Source: Eubacteriales bacterium
GTDB taxonomy: Bacteria > Bacillota > Clostridia > Oscillospirales > JAAYXM01
Reading direction: 5' to 3'
NCBI GenBank assembly: GCA_045652405.1
Contig: JAZRUF010000107.1
Location: 1-60,081, forward strand
Length of the DNA stretch: 60,081 nt
Shown piece by piece: positions 52,634-60,081 of this stretch (position 1 is the stretch's first letter; every line of letters starts with the position of its first letter). Position numbers and translations under genes: made by a program. Under the pieces are notes generated by a model. The model saw nothing but the letters and a program-made list of their open reading frames with translations. It did not search any database and was not told the DNA's origin.

Positions 52634-52715
52634 AGCTTATGTGGCAGAATTTTGACATAAAAAGGCGATGCAATTTAAATAGTTGCACCGCCTTTTCGCT
52701 TTATGCGAGGAAACA

Positions 52716-53798
52716 TCAGATATTGGCTATCGAGGTGTATATTCCTTTTTTACCGTCATCCAATAGGCTTTCTTTTGTAAAGATAACAGGGGGCACTAAA
52801 ATCTTATCCGCGAGGTTTTTGCCGGCGGAGAAGTGCTTGTAGAGCATATCTACCGCCATCACGCCTTGGAAAAATGTATTCTGATACAATGTTGCATAAA
52901 TTACACCGTCAGTTATATTTTTTCTACAATCTTCGGATAAGTCAGTTGCAATTATTTTTATCTTACCGCTATTTCCGCTATCATCAACTGCACGACAAAC
53001 ACCGCTTACCGCACCGGTGGCAACATATATTCCGTTTATCTCATTATTTGAGATAACACTTGCGACCATACTGTTGGAGAGGTTATCATCGTCACGCGTT
53101 TCTAGCTCAGCACTCAGGATAAGCTTTCCGCCTTCATTTATTCTATCCGAAAAGCCTTTTATTTTCTCGAGGTGGGGGGTAACTCCTTTACTGCCCACTA
53201 CTACTGCGACGCGGGAATTTTCAGGCAAGCAGTTTTCCAGTAACTCAGCGGCTATTCTTCCGCATTTGTATGCATCTATTTCTATTACCGCGGAAAAATT
53301 TATGCTTTTGTCCAAAAGCCCGATTCCAACGCACACTACGTCTATTCTTTTTTTGGCTGCAAACTCAAGTGCCTTTGCATATGTAGAGTAGTTGTCATGA
53401 CAGAAAATAAGAGCGTTTATGCCATCCTCATGCATACTTTTAAAGCACTCAAGAACCTGCTGCTCAGCATTATCATCTTTGACCGAGTACTTCAAAGTAA
53501 CACCTTCGACTTTCCAATCTATAAGGCGGTCCATCTCATAGGCAATTCCGTCGCAAATATCACTGTAGTAATCTTCCCAATCGACAGGTATAATTATACC
53601 TATTCGTATGGCATTTCTTGCCAGCGACCCTGCAACGTGATTTGTTTTATAATCAAGGCGTTCGACGGTGTCTAAAATTCTCTGTTTTAATTCTTTTGAG
53701 ATACCGTTCTTGCCTGTAAGGGCGCGGTTTACTGTTGAAAGGGAAACACCGGCTTCTCTTGCAACATCTTTAATTGTTGTTCTTCCCAAATATATCAC
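52716..53798 (-). CDS. LacI family transcriptional regulator
   Basis: N-terminal TIKDVAREAGVSLSTVNRAL HTH plus a periplasmic-binding-protein-like sugar domain. The start is GTG. Confidence 0.9.
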   Translation of the reverse strand: MIYLGRTTIKDVAREAGVSLSTVNRALTGKNGISKELKQRILDTVERLDYKTNHVAGSLARNAIRIGIIIPVDWEDYYSDICDGIAYEMDRLIDWKVEGVTLKYSVKDDNAEQQVLECFKSMHEDGINALIFCHDNYSTYAKALEFAAKKRIDVVCVGIGLLDKSINFSAVIEIDAYKCGRIAAELLENCLPENSRVAVVVGSKGVTPHLEKIKGFSDRINEGGKLILSAELETRDDDNLSNSMVASVISNNEINGIYVATGAVSGVCRAVDDSGNSGKIKIIATDLSEDCRKNITDGVIYATLYQNTFFQGVMAVDMLYKHFSAGKNLADKILVPPVIFTKESLLDDGKKGIYTSIANI

Positions 53799-53829
53799 TC
53801 TTTTTTATATTTAGAATAGTATAATGATG

Positions 53830-53858
53830 ATTATACATTCAAAGTGTTTGTTTGTCAA
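53830..53858 (-). promoter_or_regulatory. consensus sigmaA promoter TTGACA-17-TATAAT for the LacI-family gene
   Basis: Read on the minus strand, TTGACA is at 53858-53853 and TATAAT at 53835-53830. Confidence 0.7.
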
Positions 53859-53880
53859 ACAAAAACGTTATGTGACAAGG

Positions 53881-53924
53881 AAATAAAAAGGTGCGACGGG
53901 CGACTGAAGTTTCGCCCATCGCAC
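53881..53924 (-). terminator. intrinsic terminator of the aminotransferase operon
   Basis: On the minus strand it reads GTGCGATGGGCGA-loop-TCGCCCGTCGCAC followed by CTTTTTATTT. Confidence 0.8.
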
Positions 53925-53931
53925 GTTATTA

Positions 53932-55308
53932 TTACAGATTGAATTTTTCCTTTGCTGCAGCAAGAGCCTTGTCAAATGTTGCAAACATCTCATCAATGTT
54001 CTCATAAGTAAAGACAATCGGAGGAGCTACAACAATGAGGTCATCGTTATTTCTCATTATAAGACCGTTGTCATAGCAGAAGTCATTGATAAATGTTCCA
54101 ACGTGATACTCAGGATTGAGCGGGATAAGGTCATCGCCGTCGGTATAGGCAAGCTCGATGCAGAGCATGAGACCCAAGCCTTCATAGCCGGATACAAAGT
54201 TGTATTTCTTCATTAAAACTTCAATTTGCTCTTTTATGTAAGCACTCAGCTCGTTACATCTGTCGACAAGCTTATTCTTTTCAATGTAATCGAGGGTTGC
54301 AATAGCAGCAGCGCATGCAAGGTTGTGAGCACCGAAGGTGTTGCCACTTACAAATTCGTTGCCGGGCTTCTCTCTGAAGCTGTCCATAATTTTCTGCTTC
54401 ATCGCGCAAACACCCATCGGCATGATGCCATTTGTCAGGGATTTTGCGGTTGTCAGAATGTCCGGTGTAACGCCAAAGAGCTCTGAAACGAACATTGCGC
54501 CGCTCTTTACGATACCTACCTGAATCTCATCGAATATTAGAAGGATTCCAAATTCATCACACATATCACGGACAGCCTGCAAATATCCCTCGGGCGGGAC
54601 CGGGTATCCCGAGTTTGAACCCGGCAGCGGATCCATAATAAGGCATGAAATGGTCTCAGGATCGTTATCGATTATGGTCTGTCTGAGAGATTGAATGCAA
54701 TCCATATTGCAGGTCGATTTCTTCTTGCCGAGGTGGCAGTGCTTACAGTTTGCACCGTTTGCTCTTATTACGAAATCGTTTACCATCGGCTCGTAATTTT
54801 TTCTGAAGTAGTCAATACCTGTTGCAGACATTGCAGAAACAGTTGTTCCGTGATACGAACCTTGTCTTGAAATTACTTTATAGCGCTTTGAGTCGCCACG
54901 GTTTAAGTGGTATGAACGTGCCATTTTCATAGCTGCGTCATTTGCCTCGGAACCGCTTGATACAAAGAAGTAGCTTGAGAGACCCTCAGGCATTACTTTG
55001 TCAAGTCTCTTTGCAAGTTCAATTGCGGGTACGCAGTAGTCGTCACCAAAGTTCGGGAAAAAGTCGATTTTTTTAAACTGCTCGTTCATTGCGTCCATAA
55101 TTTCCTGAGTATTGTGTCCGCAAATGGTTGTCAGCAGTGAACCGAAGGTGTCGAGATAACGTTTGCCGTGAATGTCGTAAACGTAAACTCCATCGCTGCG
55201 ATCATAAATTTTGGGATGTTTGTCAATATCTGAATTTACTGCATAATGAGTGCACACGTGTTTGGCGGCATACTCTTTTATTTCTTTAATTTCCTGTTCT
55301 GTATACAT
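53932..55308 (-). CDS. class III (PLP) aminotransferase (omega-transaminase-like)
   Basis: 458 aa with the DEIQVG block, a TTAKSLTNG lysine block and SGSEAND. Confidence 0.85.
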   Translation of the reverse strand: MYTEQEIKEIKEYAAKHVCTHYAVNSDIDKHPKIYDRSDGVYVYDIHGKRYLDTFGSLLTTICGHNTQEIMDAMNEQFKKIDFFPNFGDDYCVPAIELAKRLDKVMPEGLSSYFFVSSGSEANDAAMKMARSYHLNRGDSKRYKVISRQGSYHGTTVSAMSATGIDYFRKNYEPMVNDFVIRANGANCKHCHLGKKKSTCNMDCIQSLRQTIIDNDPETISCLIMDPLPGSNSGYPVPPEGYLQAVRDMCDEFGILLIFDEIQVGIVKSGAMFVSELFGVTPDILTTAKSLTNGIMPMGVCAMKQKIMDSFREKPGNEFVSGNTFGAHNLACAAAIATLDYIEKNKLVDRCNELSAYIKEQIEVLMKKYNFVSGYEGLGLMLCIELAYTDGDDLIPLNPEYHVGTFINDFCYDNGLIMRNNDDLIVVAPPIVFTYENIDEMFATFDKALAAAKEKFNL

Positions 55309-55344
55309 GGTTTTACCTCCGTGATTTAGATTTGTTGCATAGAG

Positions 55345-56370
55345 TTACATGGTCTGCAATTTGCTTTCAATATATGAAATGCTGTCGAGTACCCAGCCAG
55401 AGAAGCATGCAGCATGGTCAACGTAAATGAGAAGGATATCGGGCTCGTCATCATACCAGAAACCGCCGGCATACTTACCGTCTTTATCGGAAATCTTAAC
55501 CTGAGTTTCAACAACGAAGTCGATGAATTTAACCGCAGCTTCCATAGCACGCTCGTCGCCGGTGAAGGAGTAGTACATTGCACAGCCGAGAGCTGCCTTG
55601 CCGCTGCCCCAGTAGCTCCAGGTATCTTCTGCACAGGTGAAGAGGAATTCCATAAAGCGCTTTGCATAGCCGAGGTATTTCTCATCTCTGGTTATCTGAT
55701 ACATTCTGTCCATAAGCATCATTGCAAAACCGCATTCCCAATAGCACTGCTTGGTCTTTTTGGTGTCAATGAATTCGCCGCCCATTTCCTCGGTAGCGAG
55801 CTTTCCGTCCGGAGTGGTCATGAAATAGAAGCGGCCTTCGTCCGGCTGTGCGTCGAGCACGTCGATGCACCACTTTGTGCACTTCTCAGCCATTTCCATA
55901 TCGTTAAAGTAGATTGCGGTTACGCCTACCCATGCGGTTGTCATCATACGTGCGAAGGGCATTCCGTGATGGAGCGGATAGCCACCGCACGGCATCTGGA
56001 GAGTTTTAAGGAAGTTGTAAATCGGGTAAGAAACATCAAATCTACCAAGTCTGTGAGCACCCTGACAAGTCCATGCGTGCTTGTAAACGTCTACGTTGTT
56101 TACGGTGTCATTTACATCCTCGGTCAGGATGAGAGAGCCGTTGGGGCGAAGTCTGTTATCGCGAATCCAGGTTAAAATTCTGTGTGCCTCGTCATTGTTG
56201 CCGACCAGGTTCCAGGAATATGCCTGTTTGTGGAATGCATCGGATACATATCCGTCCCAAATATATCCGCCGTCTTTCTGCAGGAAACCGAGCTGGAAGT
56301 CAACCGCGTTGCGGATGGCCTTTTTACCTGCTTCAAATTTTACCTTTAATTCATTTCTGTCCATAGCCAT
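55345..56370 (-). CDS. hypothetical protein, possibly alpha/alpha-toroid (prenyltransferase/terpene-cyclase-like repeat) fold
   Basis: Has three GG(Y/F) aromatic motifs (KDGGYIW, PCGGYPL, YAGGFWY) reminiscent of QW-type repeats. It is the first gene of the LacI-controlled operon. The function is unknown. Confidence 0.45.
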   Translation of the reverse strand: MAMDRNELKVKFEAGKKAIRNAVDFQLGFLQKDGGYIWDGYVSDAFHKQAYSWNLVGNNDEAHRILTWIRDNRLRPNGSLILTEDVNDTVNNVDVYKHAWTCQGAHRLGRFDVSYPIYNFLKTLQMPCGGYPLHHGMPFARMMTTAWVGVTAIYFNDMEMAEKCTKWCIDVLDAQPDEGRFYFMTTPDGKLATEEMGGEFIDTKKTKQCYWECGFAMMLMDRMYQITRDEKYLGYAKRFMEFLFTCAEDTWSYWGSGKAALGCAMYYSFTGDERAMEAAVKFIDFVVETQVKISDKDGKYAGGFWYDDEPDILLIYVDHAACFSGWVLDSISYIESKLQTM

Positions 56371-56421
56371 TTTCCTTTCTGCCGATAAATCGGGCTTAAA
56401 ATTTTACAAATTCAGCTCGCG

Positions 56422-56437
56422 TTCGAAACGTTTCGAA
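56422..56437. promoter_or_regulatory. LacI-family operator, perfect 16-bp palindrome TTCGAAACGTTTCGAA
   Basis: It has the AACG|CGTT centre typical of LacI/CcpA-type operators. It lies between the promoter and the start of the 56370 operon. Confidence 0.7.
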
Positions 56438-56454
56438 TTAGCTTTAAAAAAATA

Positions 56455-56468
56455 TCGAAACGTTTCGA
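56455..56468. promoter_or_regulatory. second LacI-family operator TCGAAACGTTTCGA
   Basis: It has the same 14-bp core, 32 bp centre-to-centre from the first, and sits just downstream of the -10 box. Confidence 0.7.
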
Positions 56469-56479
56469 ATCACATTTTT

Positions 56480-56508
56480 AATATATCACACCATATTTCT
56501 TTTGTCAA
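56480..56508 (-). promoter_or_regulatory. sigmaA promoter TTGACA-17-TATATT (TGn-extended) of the operon
   Basis: Read on the minus strand, TTGACA is at 56508-56503 and TATATT at 56485-56480. Confidence 0.65.
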
Positions 56509-56604
56509 CAATTTATTCGTGCCTTTTTTAAACTTATTTATATTTAGATAGAAAAGAGATAAGAGTATTTGCACAATTTATTTTGCAAAAATTAAAAATA
56601 TTTG

Positions 56605-56633
56605 TTGAAAAGCTCTTACACGTGTGTTATACT
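56605..56633 (+). promoter_or_regulatory. sigmaA promoter TTGAAA-17-TATACT (TGn-extended) for hpf
   Basis: The hexamers and spacing were read directly from the sequence. Confidence 0.55.
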
Positions 56634-56693
56634 GAAATCAGATAGCAGAGATGCTGTTTAGAACCTTCAAAAGTTAACAGAAAAGGAGTGGCC

Positions 56694-57230
56694 ATGATGA
56701 AGTTCATTTTCACAGAGAGAAAAATCAATCTTTCCGAGGATGTGAAAGCCTATGCGGAGAAGAAGCTTGCAAAGCTTGATAAGTACTTCCGCAACGATGC
56801 GTTAGCATATGTCACCGCCGGGCTTGAAAGGGGACGTCACTGGCTGGAGGTTACCGTCAAGCATGACGGAATGTATTTCCGGGCTACGGAAAAAAGCGAC
56901 GATTTATGTCATGCGATTGACAATGCTGAAACCACGATTGACCGCCAGATACGCAAGAATAAGACGCGTCTTGAAAAACGCCTGAGGGAAGGTGCTTTCG
57001 ATATGGCCTATTCCGCGATGTCTGCTGAGGATGTTGTGGAGGAAGAAAAGGAATTTGATATTGTTAAAACCAAACGCTTCTCGGTTAAACCGATGACCGT
57101 CGAGGAAGCTATTTTGCAGATGAACTTACTCGGGCATAATTTCTTTGTGTTCAAGAGCATGGATGAGGAATTGTTCTCGGTAGTCTATCGTCGCAAGGAC
57201 GGCGGTTACGGTCTTATTGAAGGTGAATAA
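56694..57230 (+). CDS. hpf: ribosome hibernation promoting factor (long HPF)
   Basis: N-terminal YfiA/HPF fold (KINLSEDVKAYAEKKLAKLDKYF) plus a C-terminal dimerisation domain (VKTKRFSVKPMTVEEAILQM...F.VF). The ATG lies 5 nt after AAGGAG. Confidence 0.9.
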   Translation: MMKFIFTERKINLSEDVKAYAEKKLAKLDKYFRNDALAYVTAGLERGRHWLEVTVKHDGMYFRATEKSDDLCHAIDNAETTIDRQIRKNKTRLEKRLREGAFDMAYSAMSAEDVVEEEKEFDIVKTKRFSVKPMTVEEAILQMNLLGHNFFVFKSMDEELFSVVYRRKDGGYGLIEGE

Positions 57231-57237
57231 TAGTTTT

Positions 57238-57270
57238 GCCCCTGCCAAAATACACGGCAGGGGCATTTTC
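57238..57270. terminator. bidirectional terminator
   Basis: GCCCCTGCC-10 nt-GGCAGGGGC followed by ATTTTC. Confidence 0.75.
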
Positions 57271-57422
57271 TATTTACAGGATATATCTTTTTTAAACTCA
57301 AGTATTTTGCAAGTCTCCCGCATGTAAAGCTCCTCGGCGCTTATTTGGGCGCACTTTAGTATCTCAAGTGCATCACTTATTCCTTTAAAGAGGATGTGAT
57401 ACATCGTCTCATAATCCGTCAC
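57270..57422 (-). CDS. 50-aa hypothetical protein (not on the ORF track)
   Basis: GAGGTG RBS, 7 nt, GTG, then VTDYETMYHILFKGISDALEILKCAQISAEELYMRETCKILEFKKDISCK*. A TATAAT-like box lies upstream and a terminator downstream. Confidence 0.45.
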   Translation of the reverse strand: MTDYETMYHILFKGISDALEILKCAQISAEELYMRETCKILEFKKDISCK

Positions 57423-57473
57423 GCAAATCACCTCACGGAATATTGATGTGCAGATGCTGCGAAATTATACCCG

Positions 57474-57501
57474 ATAAAAAAGGCGTGCCATTGGCACGCC
57501 T
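57474..57501 (-). terminator. intrinsic terminator of the SDR gene
   Basis: AGGCGTGCC-loop-GGCACGCCT, with TTTTTTAT on the minus strand. Confidence 0.85.
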
Positions 57502-57517
57502 TAAAATATGCACTTTA

Positions 57518-58372
57518 TTATACGCCTGAGTAAGCCAAGAATCCGCCGTCAACATTAATGGTGCTGCCGGTGATAAATCCTGAGTAGTTTTCATCGCACA
57601 AGAACAGCAGAGTGCCGGTCAAATCCTCCGGAATACCGAAGCGACGCATCGGAGTGTGGGAGATAATCTTTTCTGAACGTGCAGAGAGTGAACCGTCTTC
57701 GTTGTAAAGCAGAGCCTTGTTCTGAGCCGTTGAGAAGAAGCCGGGAGCGATAGCATTTACGCGAAGACCAACATCTGCAAAGTGAACGCTCATCCACTCG
57801 GTGAAGTTCTTTATACCCGCCTTAGCTGCACTGTACGCAGGAATGCGGGTGAGGGGACGGTATGCATTCATGGAGGAGATATTGATTATGCAAGCGCCTT
57901 CTCTTCCAATCATATCTTTAGCAAATGCCTGAGTCGGGATCAGGGTGCCGAGGAAGTTTAAGTTAAATACGAACTCAATGCCCTTGGCTTCCATATCAAA
58001 AAAGGTCTTAATATCGCCGTTTTTGTTTTCGAGGTCAGCCAATTCGAGAGTGTCCTTACTTGTGGTACCCTTCGGGTTATTACCGCCTGCTCCGTTTAAC
58101 AGAATGTCGCACGGACCAAGCTTTTCATTTACAACTGCGCGTGCTGCATCCATGCTCTCGCGCTCGAGAACATTGCAAGCTACTGCGATAGCAGTGCCAC
58201 CCTCTGCAATGATTTCATCGGCTACTGCCTGAGCTGCTTCCTCGCGCAGGTCAAGAACTGCGACCTTAACACCCTGCTTTGCCAGTGTTTTTGCGAATCC
58301 GCTGCACAGTACGCCGCCTGCGCCCGTGATAACTGCTACTTTGCCCTTTAATGAGTCATGTACCATCTTCAT
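57518..58372 (-). CDS. SDR family oxidoreductase
   Basis: Has TGAGGVLC (Rossmann), NGAGGN and YSAAK catalytic motifs. Confidence 0.9.
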   Translation of the reverse strand: MKMVHDSLKGKVAVITGAGGVLCSGFAKTLAKQGVKVAVLDLREEAAQAVADEIIAEGGTAIAVACNVLERESMDAARAVVNEKLGPCDILLNGAGGNNPKGTTSKDTLELADLENKNGDIKTFFDMEAKGIEFVFNLNFLGTLIPTQAFAKDMIGREGACIINISSMNAYRPLTRIPAYSAAKAGIKNFTEWMSVHFADVGLRVNAIAPGFFSTAQNKALLYNEDGSLSARSEKIISHTPMRRFGIPEDLTGTLLFLCDENYSGFITGSTINVDGGFLAYSGV

Positions 58373-58552
58373 AATTTTAAGTCTCTCCTTATCATTAAAA
58401 TTGTTGCTATATAAATTATATAGCGTATTAAAATGAAAAACAAGGATAAAGACATGTGTTTTTTTGATGTATTCTATATTATTTATTGACTTTTTATGGA
58501 AAATTTGGTTTAATTAAGTAGTTGTTAATATTAAGTCGGAGGCGAGAGACAG

Positions 58553-59059
58553 ATGCTTCTAAGTTATAGGGAAGTATCCCCATCAGTTTCGGAGAATGCG
58601 AGGCTTATCGGCATGTGTACCGTTGCCGGTGATGCCGAGATAAAAGACGGTGCAAGCATTTGGCCGGGCGCGGTTGTGCGCGCGGAAAATGCAAAGGCGA
58701 TTATTGGCAAAAATTGCAATATTCAGGATAATGTGACAGTCCATACCGACAAGGGCTTTCCGGTAATACTCGGCGAAGGTGTGAGTGTAGGGCATAATGC
58801 CATACTTCATGGCTGTACAATAGGTGATAATACACTCATCGGAATGGGCGCGGTTATACTAAACGGAGCGATTATAGGCAAAAATTGCGTGATAGGCGCG
58901 GGTGCGGTTGTGCGCGGAGGTATGGAAGTACCGGACGGCTCAATGGTTCTCGGAATTCCGGCCGTCATCAAACGCGAGGTACGAGCTGAGGAAATAGAGA
59001 CTAACAAAAATAACGCCTTGGAATATCTGCATTTATCAAAAGGCTATGAAAGTAATTGA
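58553..59059 (+). CDS. gamma-carbonic anhydrase family (left-handed beta-helix, hexapeptide repeat) protein
   Basis: Hexapeptide repeats with the His residues (VHTD..., ILHGC) typical of the YrdA/PaaY group. Confidence 0.85.
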   Translation: MLLSYREVSPSVSENARLIGMCTVAGDAEIKDGASIWPGAVVRAENAKAIIGKNCNIQDNVTVHTDKGFPVILGEGVSVGHNAILHGCTIGDNTLIGMGAVILNGAIIGKNCVIGAGAVVRGGMEVPDGSMVLGIPAVIKREVRAEEIETNKNNALEYLHLSKGYESN

Positions 59060-59074
59060 AGGTAGGTTTGTAAA

Positions 59075-59731
59075 ATGATTTTTGAAAACTATGACAGAAT
59101 AGTATTCATCGGCGATTCAGTAACCGATGCGTGCAGCGGCGGTTCGGTTACCGAGCGGGGTGACGGCTTGGGTCAGGGATATGTGCGAATGATAGAAAAC
59201 TTGCTGCTCTCTACATATCCGGAACTCAACATCCGCATCACAAACTCAGGCATAAGCGGTCATACAACCCGCCATCTTGTAGAGCGCTGGCAGACTGACC
59301 TTCTGGATTTGAATCCGCAATGGGTGAGCATCTGTATTGGTATAAACGACGTGTGGCGTCAGTTTGACCGTCCGGCATGCCAGGAAGAATGGGTGCTTCC
59401 CGATGAGTATGAGGCAAACCTTGTAAAAATGATTGACTCCATAAACGGTAGGGTAAAGGGCATATTTATAATGTCCCCATTCTTTATGGAGCCGTGTAAG
59501 GAGGACAGAATGCGCGCACGTATGGATGAGTACGGCGCAATCTGCCGCAAGCTCAGTGAGAAATACGGATGCACCTTTATTGACCTTCAGGCGATGTTTA
59601 ACGATTACTTTAAGCATAAAGCAACCACGTTTATTGCATCTGACCGCGTACATCCCAACCAGATTGGTTCAACGCTCATCGCAAAAGCATTTTTGGAAAA
59701 AGTGGGATTTGACTACGCGCACAAAGCATAA
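59075..59731 (+). CDS. SGNH/GDSL hydrolase family protein
   Basis: Has FIGDSVTD (block I), GISG (block II), GINDV (block III) and DRVHP (block V). Confidence 0.85.
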   Translation: MIFENYDRIVFIGDSVTDACSGGSVTERGDGLGQGYVRMIENLLLSTYPELNIRITNSGISGHTTRHLVERWQTDLLDLNPQWVSICIGINDVWRQFDRPACQEEWVLPDEYEANLVKMIDSINGRVKGIFIMSPFFMEPCKEDRMRARMDEYGAICRKLSEKYGCTFIDLQAMFNDYFKHKATTFIASDRVHPNQIGSTLIAKAFLEKVGFDYAHKA

Positions 59732-59743
59732 AAGAAATATAAA

Positions 59744-59777
59744 ATAGGGCAGAACGAAAAAATTCGTTCTGCCCTAT
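59744..59777 (+). terminator. hairpin, probable terminator (weak T-tract)
   Basis: ATAGGGCAGAACGAA-aaaa-TTCGTTCTGCCCTAT. Confidence 0.5.
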
Positions 59778-59851
59778 TGACATATTATGGGAAGGTGTGC
59801 TATATTAACTGTGTTAATACGAGTGATACAGTTGACGGAGGAGGTGTTTAA

Positions 59852-60081
59852 ATGATAAACCTTGACTATAAAAGTGGCCAAACTCTGCATGAACAAATAG
59901 GGGAGGGGATAAAGCAGCTTATAATTAACCGCGCGCTCAAGCCGGATGAGCAGCTTCCGTCGGTGCGTGAACTTTCAATAAGCCTGACGGTAAACCCAAA
60001 CACGGTTCAGCGGGCATATAAGCAGCTTGAACAGGACGGGTTTATTTACAGCATCAAGGGTAAAGGAAATTTCGTGTCTGA
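59852..60081 (+). CDS. GntR family transcriptional regulator (3' end outside window)
   Basis: G.KLPSVRELS....VN.NTV..AY..L...G is the winged-helix pattern. A GGAGGAGG RBS is present. Confidence 0.85.
   Translation, partial: MINLDYKSGQTLHEQIGEGIKQLIINRALKPDEQLPSVRELSISLTVNPNTVQRAYKQLEQDGFIYSIKGKGNFVS

Noticed and set aside
38046-52634. Could the repeated elements be a CRISPR array or a classical IS/MITE?
   Set aside because: The copies are 2-7 kb apart rather than in a repeat-spacer array. There are no short target-site duplications, no cas genes and no transposase genes in the window. The only inverted termini are the tRNA T-arm-derived segments. I therefore left the elements unclassified.

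Overview
This 60 kb window looks like chromosome from a spore-forming Firmicute, probably Clostridia. Supporting signs are the yabM-mazG-hup-yabO-yabP-yabQ-divIC-yabR cluster, the recJ-relA-dtd-MBL-hemZ cluster, and an SLH-anchored wall enzyme. About 60 protein genes are mostly housekeeping: tRNA/rRNA modification, nucleoside salvage, stringent response, glnA, transporters and hpf. I saw no transposase, integrase, reverse transcriptase, CRISPR array or rRNA. There are four stand-alone tRNA genes (Pro-CGG, Arg-ACG, Leu-CAG, Leu-GAG), each with a near-consensus sigmaA promoter and an intrinsic terminator. The main finding is that each of these tRNA genes is followed on the same strand by one copy of a 148-162 nt non-coding element I cannot assign to any family I know. 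Each copy has a 5' arm that is an inverted copy of the neighbouring tRNA's T-arm and an invariant core, (T/A)GGTGCGMAGACGGGTACTG...GGTCGTCRAGCA. Each copy also has three hairpins whose stems change sequence but keep pairing, a 3' tail that copies the last 18 nt of that tRNA (positions 59-76 including CCA), and a terminator. Secondary observations are listed here.
- A symmetric array of eight TCGATAT/ATATCGA heptamers, separated by unrelated mini-palindromes, lies upstream of an MFS transporter.
- A terminator-containing leader precedes a CNNM/CorC-type gene.
- Twin perfect LacI-type operators control an aminotransferase plus alpha/alpha-toroid-like operon.
- A ThyX-fold protein lacks the RHR/SxRY motifs.
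- Two small ORFs are missing from the 60-aa ORF track.

All calls come from reading the sequence and recalling family features. No searches were run.
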